This document shows positions 1 through 13,579 of a stretch of DNA of 64,000 nt, one piece after another. The stretch comes from Octopus vulgaris. Its lineage: Eukaryota. Within the stretch, counting starts at the first letter, position 1. Each line of letters starts with the position of its first letter. Position numbers and translations under genes: made by a program. Under the pieces are notes generated by a model. That model saw only the letters and a list, made by a program, of their open reading frames with translations. It was not told the origin of the DNA and did no database searches. The stretch lies in the NCBI GenBank assembly GCA_951406725.2, contig OX597815.1:37696001-37760000 (forward strand), read 5' to 3'.

Positions 1-7
1 GAAATAA

Positions 8-406
8 AGTAGCTTGCTTACCAACCACATGGTTCCGGGTTCAGTCCCGCTACGTGGCACCTTGGCCAAGTTTCTTCTACTATAGCCTCGGCCGACCAAA
101 GCCTTGTGAGTGGATTTGGTAGACAGAAACTGAAAGAAGCCCGTCGTATATATGTATATATGTATATGTGTGTGTGTGTATATGTTTGTATATCTGTGTT
201 TGTCTCCCCCGCCCAACAACGCTTAACAACAGATGTTCGTGTGTTTACGTCCCTGTAACTTAGCGGTTCGGCAAAAGGGTTCAATAGAATAAGTACTAGG
301 CTTACAAAGAATAAGTCCTGGGGTCTATTTGCTCGACTAAAGGCAGTGCCCCAGCATGGCCACAGTCAAATGACTGAAAGAAGTAAAAGAGTAAAGAGAG
401 AGAGTA
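8..406 (+). mobile_element. tRNA-derived SINE family A, head truncated just after the A-box
   Basis: B-box-like GGTTCAGTCCC, same body as the full copy at 18601, internal (TA)/(TG) tract, (AAGAGTAA)n tail. Confidence 0.9.
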
Positions 407-1480
407 TACCAAGAGCTTTGAAAGCTTATCAAAATATATTATGGACAAGTGTGTTGTGGTAACTAGAAAACATTTACTCAAATTTAACCTATTTTCTTTT
501 TAAATTGTGTATTTCGGTTACTAACGCAGTTTATATGGTAACGACAGTACGACACCAAAGTGCATAAAAATATTTAGTTTCGTTGAAATATTTCGTTATT
601 CTCAACTTTATGTTGATATTTATATGAACACTTCCTTACAGAGTCGTACGATTAATCTAATCTATCCGAATATTAGTCTTGGCAAGTGAATTTGGTAAAT
701 AATTGTTTAAATTATGCCCACCAACTGTTCTATAGAATCACCTATTTAGCACCTGTTTTTTCTTTCAATTTGCAATTCATCTGATTTGTTTGAGCAAAGT
801 AGTGTCTCCATTGAAATTAATGCATTGTCAGCGGATGTATGAAGCTTGCTGTTTTTGATGATAGATTGCTGTGATATGAAGTGACACAAAATATTAATCA
901 AACGAATAATACATTATGTCAGGATATACGCTTCTCTGTCTATAATTATTTCCTGGCTCAAACATCATTATTTTCGGATGCACGAAACCAAGATAAAATT
1001 AATTGTACAGAATGTTTTCTAAGTTTAGCACTATCGACTAGTTTCCAACATTTCCGTATCAATAAAAATAGCTTTTAGCAAAGGAATTTAGTTCTGCAAC
1101 TGTTGTAAGAATGCTAAAAGGATTGTAATAGATTTGAAATGAAAATCAACACCATTGTATTACAATCACAAATATGTTTTTTTTTTTTTTTTTTTTTGGA
1201 CGATGTTTTTATAGAGTGTGGTTGGAGTTGCTGAAATCGGTTCAGTGGAAGATCCATATATAGTCTGAAATGATAAACCGCGAGTGACGAGAATGCAGAA
1301 TGGGGATAGGCGAAAATAACTATTGTATCGCATATAGACTGGTGCTTCCCCATCTCTGCCTAACACAATGAAAAGCTGATGTTTTACCCAGGAACCATGT
1401 GTTATATTCTACACAAAATTCTGAAATGAGAATCAAATCATTCAAAAATTTCTCGCGAGCATTGGTATATCTTTTATGTT

Positions 1481-1647
1481 TTTTCAGTTATTGGACTTCG
1501 GCCACATTGTCGCTGCCTTGAAGACTTTTACTCGAACGAATCGACCTCAGCACTTATAGTTTTAAAGCCTTGTACTTATTGTATCGGTGTCTTATGCTGA
1601 ACCGGTAAGTTATGAGGACTGAAACATATCAATACAGGTAGTCAAGA
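1481..1647 (-). mobile_element. Diverged 3' fragment of SINE family A
   Basis: Degenerate match to the tail ttcagtcatttgactgcggcc...gtacttattctatcggt. Confidence 0.6.
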
Positions 1648-1807
1648 AGGGAATCAGGCCTATGTTGACGAGTGAACTGCAAAATTTCACCCGTTGTTGG
1701 GTTCCTCAATTTGTGTGATGAAACTTCTAAACTATTATCAACATATCCTTGCGTGCACGCCAATCTGTCTCTTTGTATGTATGCATTTGTGCGTGTATAT
1801 ATATATA

Positions 1808-1915
1808 CTGGCCTGTTCGCTTAGCCAACGGGGTGACGTCATTTGAAGGCTAAAACAATGCGAAGCGCATTATGACCAGCGATATGTAGCAACATCTGAT
1901 AGCCTGGTCGGTTAC
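1808..1915 (+). mobile_element. 3' fragment of SINE family C
   Basis: Matches about 6420-6522 (cgcttagcca...catctgatagcctggtcggt). Confidence 0.75.
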
Positions 1916-1938
1916 GAAAAAAAAAATATATATATATA

Positions 1939-2070
1939 CAGGGTGTGATGGGTAAATTGTCGCCATTTTATATTATTATTTTCTCTCATACGCATTGGTT
2001 GCTTTTGGTTTGCACGTCTACATAGTATAGTAGGGTCAGGTGGGCATCGTCTTTCAGAAAAAGATATTTG
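1939..2070. mobile_element. Probable Tc1/mariner-superfamily terminus
   Basis: TA|CAGGGTG...AAATTGTC start resembles the terminus at 59650 that adjoins transposase remnants. Confidence 0.4.
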
Positions 2071-2247
2071 CGTAATTTAGACGACAGTTCATTCACCGCA
2101 CTCTGTATATATAGCAATGCAATTTCTATACTGGGGCTGCTTACTGCCCTTTGTCACTTTAGTGACGTAAACATTTCTGTCTTTAGGTTGTAAAATTGCG
2201 AATTAGCGACCCTTAACACCATATCATATATATATATATATATATAT

Positions 2248-2363
2248 GTAGGTCCCGGGTTGATTCGGGGTTAACCACAGTAAATAAGGTACTCAATACA
2301 TAGCAGAGCTTCCTGATGATTTCTCTTGAATGAAACAGTTCTAGTCCTGTAGAAGCTCCTTCT

Positions 2364-2370
<7 letters not shown>
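2248..2370. mobile_element. Short, internally deleted copy of the hammerhead fold-back element at 48770-49353
   Basis: First ~60 nt nearly identical to 48770-48830, joined directly to the 49287-49350 segment; flanked by (TA)n on both sides. Confidence 0.9.
2306..2358 (+). ncRNA. Minimal type I hammerhead ribozyme
   Basis: GAGCTTC-CTGATGA-tttc tctt gaat-GAAA-cag ttctagtc ctg-TA-GAAGCTC; 7-bp helix I; predicted cleavage after GUA at 2351. Confidence 0.85.
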
Positions 2371-2420
<50 letters not shown>

Positions 2421-2930
2421 TTAAGTGAGAGATGACCACTAAGCGGTCATCCATTATGCTAGAGGTAGAATCCATATGGTCTGATCACTAAAAAAAGATT
2501 GTTCTCAAGAAAATTCAGCAAACGTCAGAACGTAAGCGAGCAAGACAAATGAAAAGATACAAAATATAAAGATTAATCTTAAACCCGGTTTCCTTGTTAC
2601 CACTTACGTAATGCGTACGCCAATGTCCGCAATTCATCATGTTCAATCTCATGCGGACGCTTCGTGCATAGTTCTGCAAAGTATATTTTGCTATGACGTA
2701 ATTAACCTTTATAAGAGACCCCTTACTACGTCGCCGAGGTTTTCTCTTATAGGGAAAACCGCAGGAAACATTAATTGATTTCGAAAATGCTGAAGCGAGA
2801 ATCATAAATTCATTAAGGTGGCTATTCACAATTTAGTACCGAAAGGCATCAAATGTACTCTTCACTAAAGTGATGGAGGGTGCTAGAAATAAGAGTCAAA
2901 ACATCTCTTAGCTACTTTTCTAACGACTGT

Positions 2931-3196
<266 letters not shown>

Positions 3197-3295
3197 GACA
3201 AACATACACACATACATATTTACATCAATTTGAAGAGAGAAAGGCAGAAAGAAATTAGCTTTAAGATGAAACTTCCAAGTAACCAGTTACTACTA

Positions 3296-3907
3296 ATATT
3301 CTTTTCTACTCTAGACACAAGGCCCGGAATTTTGGGGAAGGGGTAAGTCGATTAGGTCGACCCCAGTACGCAACTGGTACTTAATTTATTGACCCCGAAA
3401 GAATGAAAGGCAAAGTCGACGTCGGTGGAATTTGAACTCAGAACTTAAAGACAGACGAAATACCGCTAAGCATTTTACCCGGCGTGCTAACGTTTCTTAT
3501 TTCTTTACTGCCCACAACGGGCTACAAAGAGAGAGGACAAACAAGGATAGACAAACGGATTGAGTCGATTATATCGACCCCAGTGCGTAACTGGTACTTA
3601 TTTAATCGACCCCGAAATGATGAAAAGCAAAGTCGACCTCGGCGGAATTTGAACTCATAATGTAGCGGCAGACGAAATATCTATTTCTTTACTACCCACA
3701 AGGGGCTAAACACAGAGAGAAGAAACAAGGACAGACAAACAGATTAAGTCGATTACATCTACCCCAGTGCGTAACTGGTACTTAATTTATCGACCCCGAA
3801 ATGATGAAAGGCAAAGTCGACCTCAGCAGAATTTGAACTCATAACGTAGCGGCAGACGAATTATCATTAAGAATTTCGCCCGGCGTGCTAATGTTTCTGC
3901 CGCCTTA
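3296..3907 (-). mobile_element. Three nested/tandem SINE family B copies
   Basis: Three repeats of gtcgatt...gaccccagt..gtaactggtactt...aaagtcgacctcggcggaatttgaactc; tRNA-like head; central segment resembles the Deu/Nin SINE domain (from memory). Confidence 0.9.
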
Positions 3908-3937
3908 GTTACTATTGATATTGAAGATGTATGTATA

Positions 3938-4160
3938 AAGGTGGCGAATTGGCAGAATCCTTACTGCTCCGGAAAAAATGCTCAGCCGTGTCTCTTCAAG
4001 AATTACGCTTTGAACTCAAATGCCACTGTTGTCATCTTTGCCTTTCATCCTATGGAGTCGATTGAATAAGAACCAGTCAAGTACGGGGGTCACTGCAATA
4101 AACTTGCCCCACCCCGCCTTCGTAATTGCTGGCGTTGTGCCTATTGTTAAAAGAATTATA
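3938..4160 (+). mobile_element. Diverged SINE family B
   Basis: ggtggcgaattggcagaatc head; tttgcctttcatcc core. Confidence 0.7.
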
Positions 4161-4904
4161 TGAATGTATGTATATATGTGTATGTATATATATATCTATA
4201 CACACACACACGCACATATATATATGTATGTATATATATATATATATATATATATGCCATTTAGGAGCTAAGGGAAGATTATCAAAAAGCGTACTATCAG
4301 ACAGCCCTGACATTTTACTCAGAGAAATTAGGGATATGTGTGGATATCAGATCCTTCCTCTTACTATATATATATATATATACATACACGTGTGTGCGCG
4401 TGTGTGTATGCCAATATCTCTCAGTATAGATACAGAAACAGTCACACACACATAAATATGTGTGAGCATATGCACGCGTGTGTATCAATATAAAAAAATT
4501 ACAAGGTTTTATAACATGAAAGTACTCTTTCTCGCTGTATAAAGTATGAACTTTACACAATGTATCTACTATCTTCATCTACTATGAACTTTATACAAAA
4601 TACCTTTATAAATGTATGAATTTAGGAAAATGCCAGTAATCAATTTTATATTAAGAACTCCTGGATAATTGTAAGTGTTTTCACATAAGAATTACATATA
4701 TTGAAGCAGTTAAGAAACTGTCATGTGGAATAAACAGAGGATTTGGCCTTCTAGTTGACTGTCTCTTATTTTATGCGAATTCACTGAATTTAATAATTAA
4801 ATGGGAATAACAATTTATTCGCTTTTTCTCTAATTTCTGATCGGCACGAAATAGTCAACGATACTTGATTTCTTTCTCTATAAAAATACTTGAACGCGTA
4901 TACG

Positions 4905-4972
4905 CACATACATACATACATACATACATACATACATACATACATACATTCATACATACATACATACATACA

Positions 4973-5006
<34 letters not shown>

Positions 5007-5105
5007 CACACATACATACACACACACATTCATACATACATACATGCATGCATGCATGAATGCATACATACATACATACATACATACATACATACATACA
5101 CATAT
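4905..5105. repeat. (TACA)n microsatellite
   Basis: Directly visible. Confidence 0.95.
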
Positions 5106-5513
5106 AAATACACAAATATTCTGCTCGTTTTCTTTGTGTGTGACTTCGCTTTCTGCCTTTTTCTTTCTCGTTTCTCTTCCTCTTTCTCCTTCTTGCTGTC
5201 TCTCTACATCCCCCATCCATTACTTTTTCTCCCCCCCCCCTCTCAGTACCATATGACCTGTGACCACACACATTTCTCTTTCCAACTTCCTTTTTCGCCT
5301 AACCGCTTAAACTCCCTGACACTCTTCATTCTCTACTTTCAACAAGGTTTGCATTATTTCCCCGTTCTATATTTCCATCTGTCCACTATCCACTTCCAAT
5401 CCGACAGAGCATTCCCGATTGCGTCACTTATACATATATCTTGTCTCAGAGCTGCATGGTATTTATCCTGTTTGTTTATTGTATATTTCCTTAGTTAGTA
5501 TATTCATATTTGT

Positions 5514-5836
5514 GAAGGCGCGTGGCTTAGTGGTTAGGGAATTCGGCTCACGATTGTAAGGTCGTGAGTTCGATTCCAAGCGACGCGTTGTGTCCTTGAA
5601 CAAGACACTTTATTTCATGTTGCTCCAGTCCGCTCAGCTGGCAAAAATGTGTTGTACCTGTATTTCAAAGGGCCGGCATTGTCACACTGTGTGTCACGCT
5701 GAATCTCCCTGAGAACTACGTTAAGGGTAAACGTGTCTGTGGAGTACTCAGCCACTTGCACATTAATTTCACGAGCAGGCTGTTCTGTTGATCGTATCAG
5801 CTGGGACCCTCGTCGTCGTAACCGACGGAGTGCTCC
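5514..5836 (+). mobile_element. tRNA-derived SINE family C (CORE-like domain)
   Basis: A-box TGGCTTAGTGG, B-box GAGTTCGATTCC, then gttgtgtccttgaacaagacactt. Confidence 0.85.
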
Positions 5837-6118
5837 TTTATATTCATATTTATGTGTCGTGTTAGTTTTCGTCACCTTCCTCAAAGTTCGCACGCTGTTC
5901 CCAGCAGCTTTTTGTTAGTGACTCCATCAAAGGTGAACCATATTATTGTTAAAGTTGGGGTGAAATTGTAATGATTTTTTGCGCGATAACTGACGAGGAA
6001 AGAGCACGTTCGTATGTCTTGTGTGTGAATTTTCTGTCGTTCCTTTCTCGTGCTTCTGTTTAACTTTTAAAACTTACGATGTATACATACAAATATACAT
6101 ACATACATACATACATAA

Positions 6119-6151
<33 letters not shown>

Positions 6152-6227
6152 TACATACATACATACATACATACATACATACATACATACACACACACAT
6201 ACATATATATGTATGTGTGTGTGTGTG

Positions 6228-6523
6228 TGAGGCGCAATGGCCCAGTGGTTAGGGCAGCGGACTTGCGGTTGTAGGATCGCGCTTTCGATTCCCAGGCCGG
6301 GCGTTGTGAGTGTTTATTGAGCGAAAACGCCTAAACCTCCACGAGGCTCCGGCAGGGGGTGGTGCGATCCCTGCTGTACTCTTTCGACACAACTTTCTCT
6401 CACTCTTTCTTCTGTTGGTTTGCTCGCTTAGCCAGTGGGGTGGCGTCATTTGAAGGCTAAAACAATGGGAAGCGCATTGTGACCAGCGATGTGTAGCAAC
6501 ATCTGATAGCCTGGTCGGTCACG
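6228..6523 (+). mobile_element. tRNA-derived SINE family C variant
   Basis: A-box TGGCCCAGTGG, B-box-like TTTCGATTCCC; 5' half shared with 49525. Confidence 0.85.
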
Positions 6524-6799
6524 GAGATCCCGGTGCTTCTGTTTTGCATATGTGAATTACAGGGTCTGTCATGCCCGGAGTCCAACTTTGATAGAAATAA
6601 GCATTCTTGACTGCTATTTCTATTTTTTCGGTATGCGGTCAAGCAACCTGTTTTGCCTGTCCCTTTTTCTTATATACAATATATATACTGAACTTTACAG
6701 AAGTTCCTGCCGGTAATCGGCTATATTTACATACCGAATTCTACCAGTAAATAATTGGGTTTTTTTTAAAAGCCTTTATAGAAATTATTTACTTTACTC

Positions 6800-6852
<53 letters not shown>

Positions 6853-6923
6853 GTGCGTGTATCGTCTAAGAGACCATAAGTCAATGAATAAATGCACTCC
6901 TATATCTGTCAGTAGTGTGGGTA

Positions 6924-7137
6924 TATAATCGGAAATGTATAGTATGAAATATCCATCACGGCTGGTTTAACCAATCGGTTTCGCGTAAAGAATACAATGA
7001 AGTGTTAAGTAACAAACGGGTGAGCGTAAAGTTATATAATCGGTTTGTTACCTAGCACTCTATTGTATTTTCTACGCGAAACCGATTGGTAAATGCAGAC
7101 GCGATGGATATTTAATACTATACATTTCAGATATTAT
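6924..7137. repeat. Imperfect fold-back element between microsatellites, with a hammerhead relic
   Basis: Arms of about 95 bp (aaatgtatagtat...accaatcggtttcgcgta / tacgcgaaaccgattggt...tactatacattt). Confidence 0.75.
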
Positions 7138-7340
7138 GTATGTGTGTGTGTGTGTGTTGTGACCGCGTATGTACCGTTGGCGATTTTTTTACTCCGTCTT
7201 CCCTTCTCTGGATCTTTCCCTTTCCTATATTTCTGACGAAGAGCTTCCTTCTTCCCTTTCTTCCTGAGCGTCCAATAATACTATATTTGTTCCACGTCCT
7301 CGCGTTGTTGTGTTTTCTCTTTGTGTTTTCATGTTTGGAT

Positions 7341-7395
<55 letters not shown>

Positions 7396-7573
7396 GTATG
7401 TATGCATGCATGCATGCATGTATGTATGTATGTATGTATGTATGTATGTATGTATGTATATGTTAAAAATAAATATGCCCTTGCAAAATGGTTTTACGAA
7501 ATTTTTACGAAAAGAGCGAATAGAGAAAAATCGTTGCATTGTAATTGGAATTGAATTTTTAAAAAATCATAAG

Positions 7574-7898
7574 TAAACAAGAGCAAACGCAACACCAACG
7601 TCCTCTCAACGATTAACCGGAGATGATTTTTAAAATGAGAATATCTGAAATAAACTCGACTGCTCTCACAAACGAGAATACTAAAAATGAACCCGACCGT
7701 TCTCTAAAATTAAGTAAATAATCCAGAATCCTTGTCCGGTATCGAATCGATCCCAAAATCTAATTAGTTCGTGCCAGTCACGTGTCCAAACATCCCTGAA
7801 AATTTTATCCGAATCCCTCCAGCAGTTCTCGCGATATCTTGTCCACAGACAAACAAACAAACAAAGAAACAAAACGACTGGTAATTACGGAGGTATAA
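7574..7898. mobile_element. Possible non-autonomous Helentron (HINE/DINE-like) element
   Basis: aaacaagag start, (CAAA)n tract, ggaggtataat end; architecture recognised by resemblance only. Confidence 0.45.
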
Positions 7899-8089
7899 TC
7901 CAAGAGAATAAGTAATGTTTGGTGGTGATACTCTTACGGCCGTCTCGGACTTTGAGCACTTCAAATTACTTCCTATACCATACACAAGAAATGTTACTAT
8001 ATATACATACGTCTGTATGTATGTGTGTGTTTGAGCGTGAGTATATGGGTGCGTGAGTGTGAATGCATATATATTTATGTGTGCGTGAA

Positions 8090-8609
8090 CAAGTGATTTC
8101 CACTATAGCTTCGGGCCGACCAAAGCCTTGTGAGTGGATTTGGTGGACGAAAACTGAAAAAAAAGGCCGTTGTATATATATATATATATATACACCAGAG
8201 TAAGCACATACCAAACAAGATGGAAAAATAGTACTCGAATACCGGAGGTACAATAATATGCTTTATTTCAAAAGCAGCAAAAATATCACGGACATGAACG
8301 TGAAACTCAGAGTAACTGTTTTCGTGATATCTTTGCGGGTTTTTTAAAAGAAAGTATATATATATATATATATATATCGCCATGATAGATCGGTAGCCAC
8401 TACACACATTTGTTTCCTTTCCTTGTTTCTCTCCTTGTTACTTTCTGCGTTCCTTTCTGTGGAAGGGCGTAGGCTCGAAACGTAAACTACTTTTTCAATT
8501 CCCGAGCGTTATACTAATACATCTGTTTGTTTTCGACATCACCTGTCTTCATCTATTGTTTTTTTTCGTGAATTCTCCCTATATAACTAACTAACTAACA
8601 CACATACAG

Positions 8610-8684
<75 letters not shown>

Positions 8685-8828
8685 GATGTACCTGCATAGC
8701 AAGTGACCTGCTCTGAGATCGTGTGCATTTACATATATATATGAATATGTATCTGTGTGCTTTTATCTGTGTCTGTCTCACAACATCGCTTGACAACCGA
8801 TGTTGGTATGTTTACGTCCCCGTAACTT
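8090..8828 (+). mobile_element. SINE family A interrupted in its internal (TA)n by other repeats
   Basis: 5' body at 8090-8172, 3' body resumes at about 8750; inserts at about 8193-8355, 8378-8580 and 8685-8730. Confidence 0.7.
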
Positions 8829-9510
8829 ACAGTATATATACATATTTACAAAACTAGCGTATCACACCTTTACATTATACATATATACATATCTATATCT
8901 GTATATGTATATGTGTGCATGTGAGTGTGTATGTGTGTGTGTGTGTGTGTACGAATGAATGCATGTATACACGTTACTCATCCTTAATATATGTGTTCTA
9001 TACTTCTGTGCAGATGCTTTCATTGAATTTCAAAACAGGGCAATTTCTTACTCTTTTCGATTTCCTTTTGACAATAGCAAACAAAACAATCATCTTTAAG
9101 ATCTTTGTCTGCTTGCGCTAAACAAACTTGCCCTTCTATACACATGTATTAAGTAACCTTCTCGATCAAAGAAAATGTGTAAAGTATATTTCATTAATTA
9201 GAAAGGTGATAATTTATAGGATGGTGAGATCGCAGTAGTTGATGCTATGTTTGAACTTCTCTAGGTCGACGCTGTGGGAATAAAGTGGGAGCACATCTGT
9301 TGCTAAACAATATAGTCGGGAACTCCAGAGCATTTGAAGAATTCTAAAAATAAATTTAAAGTATGAGAAACATATAGAGCAAAAAAAGGAAGAGTGCAGA
9401 TGGACTTAATTGAATGTAGAGTAGAAGTATAGGAGGATTGTTTAGTAGTTATAGAAAAGCTGAAACAAAACGTTTGTTAAACGAATGCAGAACGAATTTT
9501 TATCTTTATA

Positions 9511-10648
9511 CATTGGGTGGCAACTAAGTTGTCCACCCTTTTTTTAAATTTATATTTTTTAAAAAGGTTTAATTAAAAAATAACAATTAATTAATCAATA
9601 ATGTATTCACCCTTGTTGTTTACAACTTCTTCCCAACATTCAACAACATTTTCAATACCTCGTTGGTAGAAATCACCCGATTTCGACTCGAAAAATTGAT
9701 CCAACCAAGCTCTCATTTCTGCATCAGTATCGAACGAAACTCCGCGCATAACATTTGAAAGAGATCGAAAGAGGTGGAAATCCGTTGGCGCCAAATCAGG
9801 AGAGTACGGCGGGTGTGGCAGCACTTCCCAGCCATGCGTTCGAATGGCTTCCTTGGGTCATATTGGCGATATGAGGGCGGGCGTTGTCGTGCAGCGGAAG
9901 AACTTCATGCTGCTGATTAGGTCTTTTCTCTTGAATAGCTGTGTTGAGTCGTTCCATCCGTTGTACATAAAGTTCCGCGTTGACCATTTGGTTCCATTCA
10001 AGCAATTCATAATGGATAATCCCTTCCCAGTCCCACCATACGCACAACAACGTTTCACACGCGGTGTTGCTGGTTTACCGGGGCTAAGACATTCCTTACG
10101 CTGCAGAATCATGCTCCATACTTCTGAACCTTTCCCATCAAGTGAAGATGCTTCTCTCTAGTAGTGTGGGAGCATTGCATTTTCTCTGCTAGTTCCCTTG
10201 TCGTTTGACGAGAATTTTCGTGCAAAAGTTGGTTTAATCACTCTTCATCGAACTCAACTGGACGGCCAGAAGGAGGTGCGTCTTGGAGGTCAAAATTTTC
10301 ATTTTTGAACTTGGCATACCAATCACGAGCGGTTCTTTCAGATATGGCTCCCTCTCCATACACAGCACAAATGTCGCGAGCAGCTTTTGCGGCCTTAGGA
10401 CCTTGATTAAAAGTAAAAAGAAGGAGGTGTCGAAAATGCTCGTTTTTCTTAACTTGACTTTCCATTTTAATGATCTGAAAATAAACAAAAATTAACTAAG
10501 ATTAACTAGAAAAAAACAAAACAAAAGCAAAATATATTCCCAAATGATTCAAGAATAGAATTCTCGAAATTATTAGATTCTAAAATTTAAAAATGCAATA
10601 AATTCAAAAATTTAAAAAGACTGCAGGAACTTAGTTGCCAAATCAATA
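9511..10648 (-). mobile_element. Decayed mariner transposon (mellifera-like) with internal deletion
   Basis: TIRs ttgggtggcaactaagtt / aacttagttgccaaatcaa flanked by TA; frameshifted transposase with HTH N-terminus (MESQVKKNEHFRHLLLF), MLCVWWDWEGII, HDNARPH and YSPDLAPTD motifs. Confidence 0.95.
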
Positions 10649-12663
10649 TATATATATATATACCTTTATATTAAAGCTGCAAAACCATCACAAAAGAAAA
10701 TGACTCTCCCCAGACACAACAGAATATGCTTCAACACACGAACTCATCTAAAGAATCTTACAAACCAAATCCCAAAACGAAATAAGAGAACGATCATATA
10801 CTTTATCAGTCACTCATTGCAGATGACACGTGAGTCTTGCAAAAGGGATTATAAAGCAATTTTTCGTGGAAATAATATTTTGATGCTCTGAAGATAATAC
10901 GTTGCTTCGTCATTGCTATTCTGGCAAGTGTTACATATATAAATTTATCAAAAGATTGCTATCTTGCGAACATATTAGTAAGTGATTTCCTTTTAATGTA
11001 TTTTGCGCAATATCTTTTGTCTGTATAACTGCTGCGCGTGAACAGCTTATATTTTCAAGCCTTGTAGCGTTTGAAAATGCAAGTGATATACTACTGGTTT
11101 GACTATTATGACTTGTTCCTATAATTTAAAGTTGCACATTTTCTGAAAATATTTGTCCGGCAATAACACGTGTAATTTGTTAGATTAAACTATGTGGTAG
11201 TTAGAGGTGTTACTGTGCAGTGGAATAATATATAGTATATGGTCATGATCGTTAGACAATTTGATGGCAGAGGTGCCTATTATTGTTGAGTAAATCTTTG
11301 CTATAATAACGAAGATCACTGTATGAAAAGGCGGTGTGTCAGTCGTGAATATAAGTACGCGTGGCATTATCTGGTGAATACAGTTTAAAACATCGAAATA
11401 TTCAGTCAGTCCAGTAGCTGTGTCGTTGTGGGCGTCTGCTTGAACGAAGAGAACTACTGAATATTGAAGTTGCCAAAGAAGATAATCTGAGAGAGATATG
11501 TGTTGCGATTGATGGAATAAATATAGCAGATAGAAGTAGACCAACTGCCGGGAATGTACCGATGAATACCGATTAAATAGATATGAGAAATAGTGTCAGC
11601 TGTAACAAAAGATGTACAACGATAAAAACAGTTACTAAATAGGTAAAGTAACATTATAAAGCAACGACTGCAAATGAACATAAAGTAAAGTAGTAACTTG
11701 AATAAAGTTACTAGTAAATACTAAAATGTATAAGAATCGGGAAAAAATGATCATGTTTCTCGTCAAAATATTTACCAATACTTTGATGTTCTACCATTAA
11801 ATATTGTTTTCAAAATATGAAAGCGAAAGTAAGAGAAATATGAAAGAGCAACATATGCTTCATGCAGCGAACTGAAAATTTATATTGACAGATCCCTGTC
11901 TACCAAACTCCACTATTTCAGCAATACAGTATAAACAAATGAAGCCATAGTAGCAATCTGGTTGGTACACATAAGTGTAAAGTCAATATATTGATGAGCA
12001 TAATGGTCCTAGAAACATAAAACAACACAATCTAAAACAAAATCAACAATACGTGTATTACAGGAACAAAGAATGAAATATTTGAAGACTTAACTGAAAG
12101 CATATTTTGAAATATATACTAATGGCAGTGATTATAACCAAACTATATGAATACAGATAATAGATTTCGAAAAGATTAATTACAGTTATTTGAAAATTAG
12201 TCTGTTTCAGAAATATAGGTAGAAAACGATAAGGAGTCTAAACAAAATTAGAAATTATAAGCTGAAGTATATAGTACTATATAATTTATTATACTATATA
12301 TGATATAATATATAATCTTCTCATTCCAAAAATATCAAAGGAAAAACAATGAAATCCGAAGACATCGCGATTTAATATCTAAAACAATAAAATATAGATA
12401 AAAAAACTCTCTCACAGGAAATTAAGTCAAAATTAAAAATCTGCTCTAGCGATAAGCAAGAAATATATGTTCTGAATAATACATACATACATACATACAT
12501 ATATACATACATACATACATACATACATACATTCATACATACACACACATACATTTAGATACATATGCATACATGTTTCTGGATGTATGTATGTTTGTAT
12601 GTATGTATGCATGTATGTATTGATGGATGGATGAATGGACGGAAGTTTTTCTGTATGTCTGTA

Positions 12664-12702
<39 letters not shown>

Positions 12703-12840
12703 TAATAAATAAAATATATGCATACATACAAACATATATGTACATACCTACATCTACATGTATGTATGCATGCATATATAAATATATATACGTGTGTACA
12801 GGACACCACAAATAGACGTAGAACTCTCTCTCTCTACATA

Positions 12841-13340
12841 TATAAACATAATTAAGGGATCGGCCAAAAAGTTGCCTCACCACATACCGAAATTTAGAAA
12901 TAGCAGTCAAACTACTAATTCTTTTCCTACAATATATCTCCACAGATAGTAATACTTGCAATTCACATAGCATTTTTTGATTTATAGTGTAGAATATCAT
13001 TTTGACGCAGGAAATGAATTTTACACCATTCTAATCCCGAAACGGGTACATGATTAACTGAGGACTGGTTAGTTTCGTTATTTTTCCTTCTCCTTTGCCT
13101 ATGTGATATATTGGCAAAATATATCTGTGGAGATATTTTGTAGTTGAAGAATTAGTAGTTTGACTGCTATTTCTAAATTGCGGTATGTGGTGAAGCAAGT
13201 TTTTTTCTGATCCCTTAAATATGTTTATAATTATATAAAAAAAAAAATTGTATAAGTTTTTACCGATAATGGTTTTTTTCCCATACAATCTACTCGGTAA
13301 AATTATTAATTATTAAATTAATAATTCTTTACCCTATATC
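12841..13340. mobile_element. Fold-back element related to 43478-43913, with a decayed hammerhead in the spacer
   Basis: IR 12841-13229 (ccacataccgaaatttagaaatagcagtcaaac / gtttgactgctatttctaaattgcggtatgtgg) plus a one-sided extension to (TA)n. Confidence 0.75.
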
Positions 13341-13345
13341 TATAA

Positions 13346-13407
<62 letters not shown>

Positions 13408-13483
13408 GATAGATAGATAGATAGATAGATAGATATACATATACATATATATATGTGTATGTGTATCTATCTATATATATATC

Positions 13484-13579
<96 letters not shown>

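Noticed and set aside
5514-5585. SINE heads as tRNA genes
   Set aside because: A and B boxes are present, but they run into SINE bodies and lack a complete cloverleaf.
11185-11544. 119-aa ORF in non-repetitive sequence
   Set aside because: No recognisable domain or supporting splice structure.
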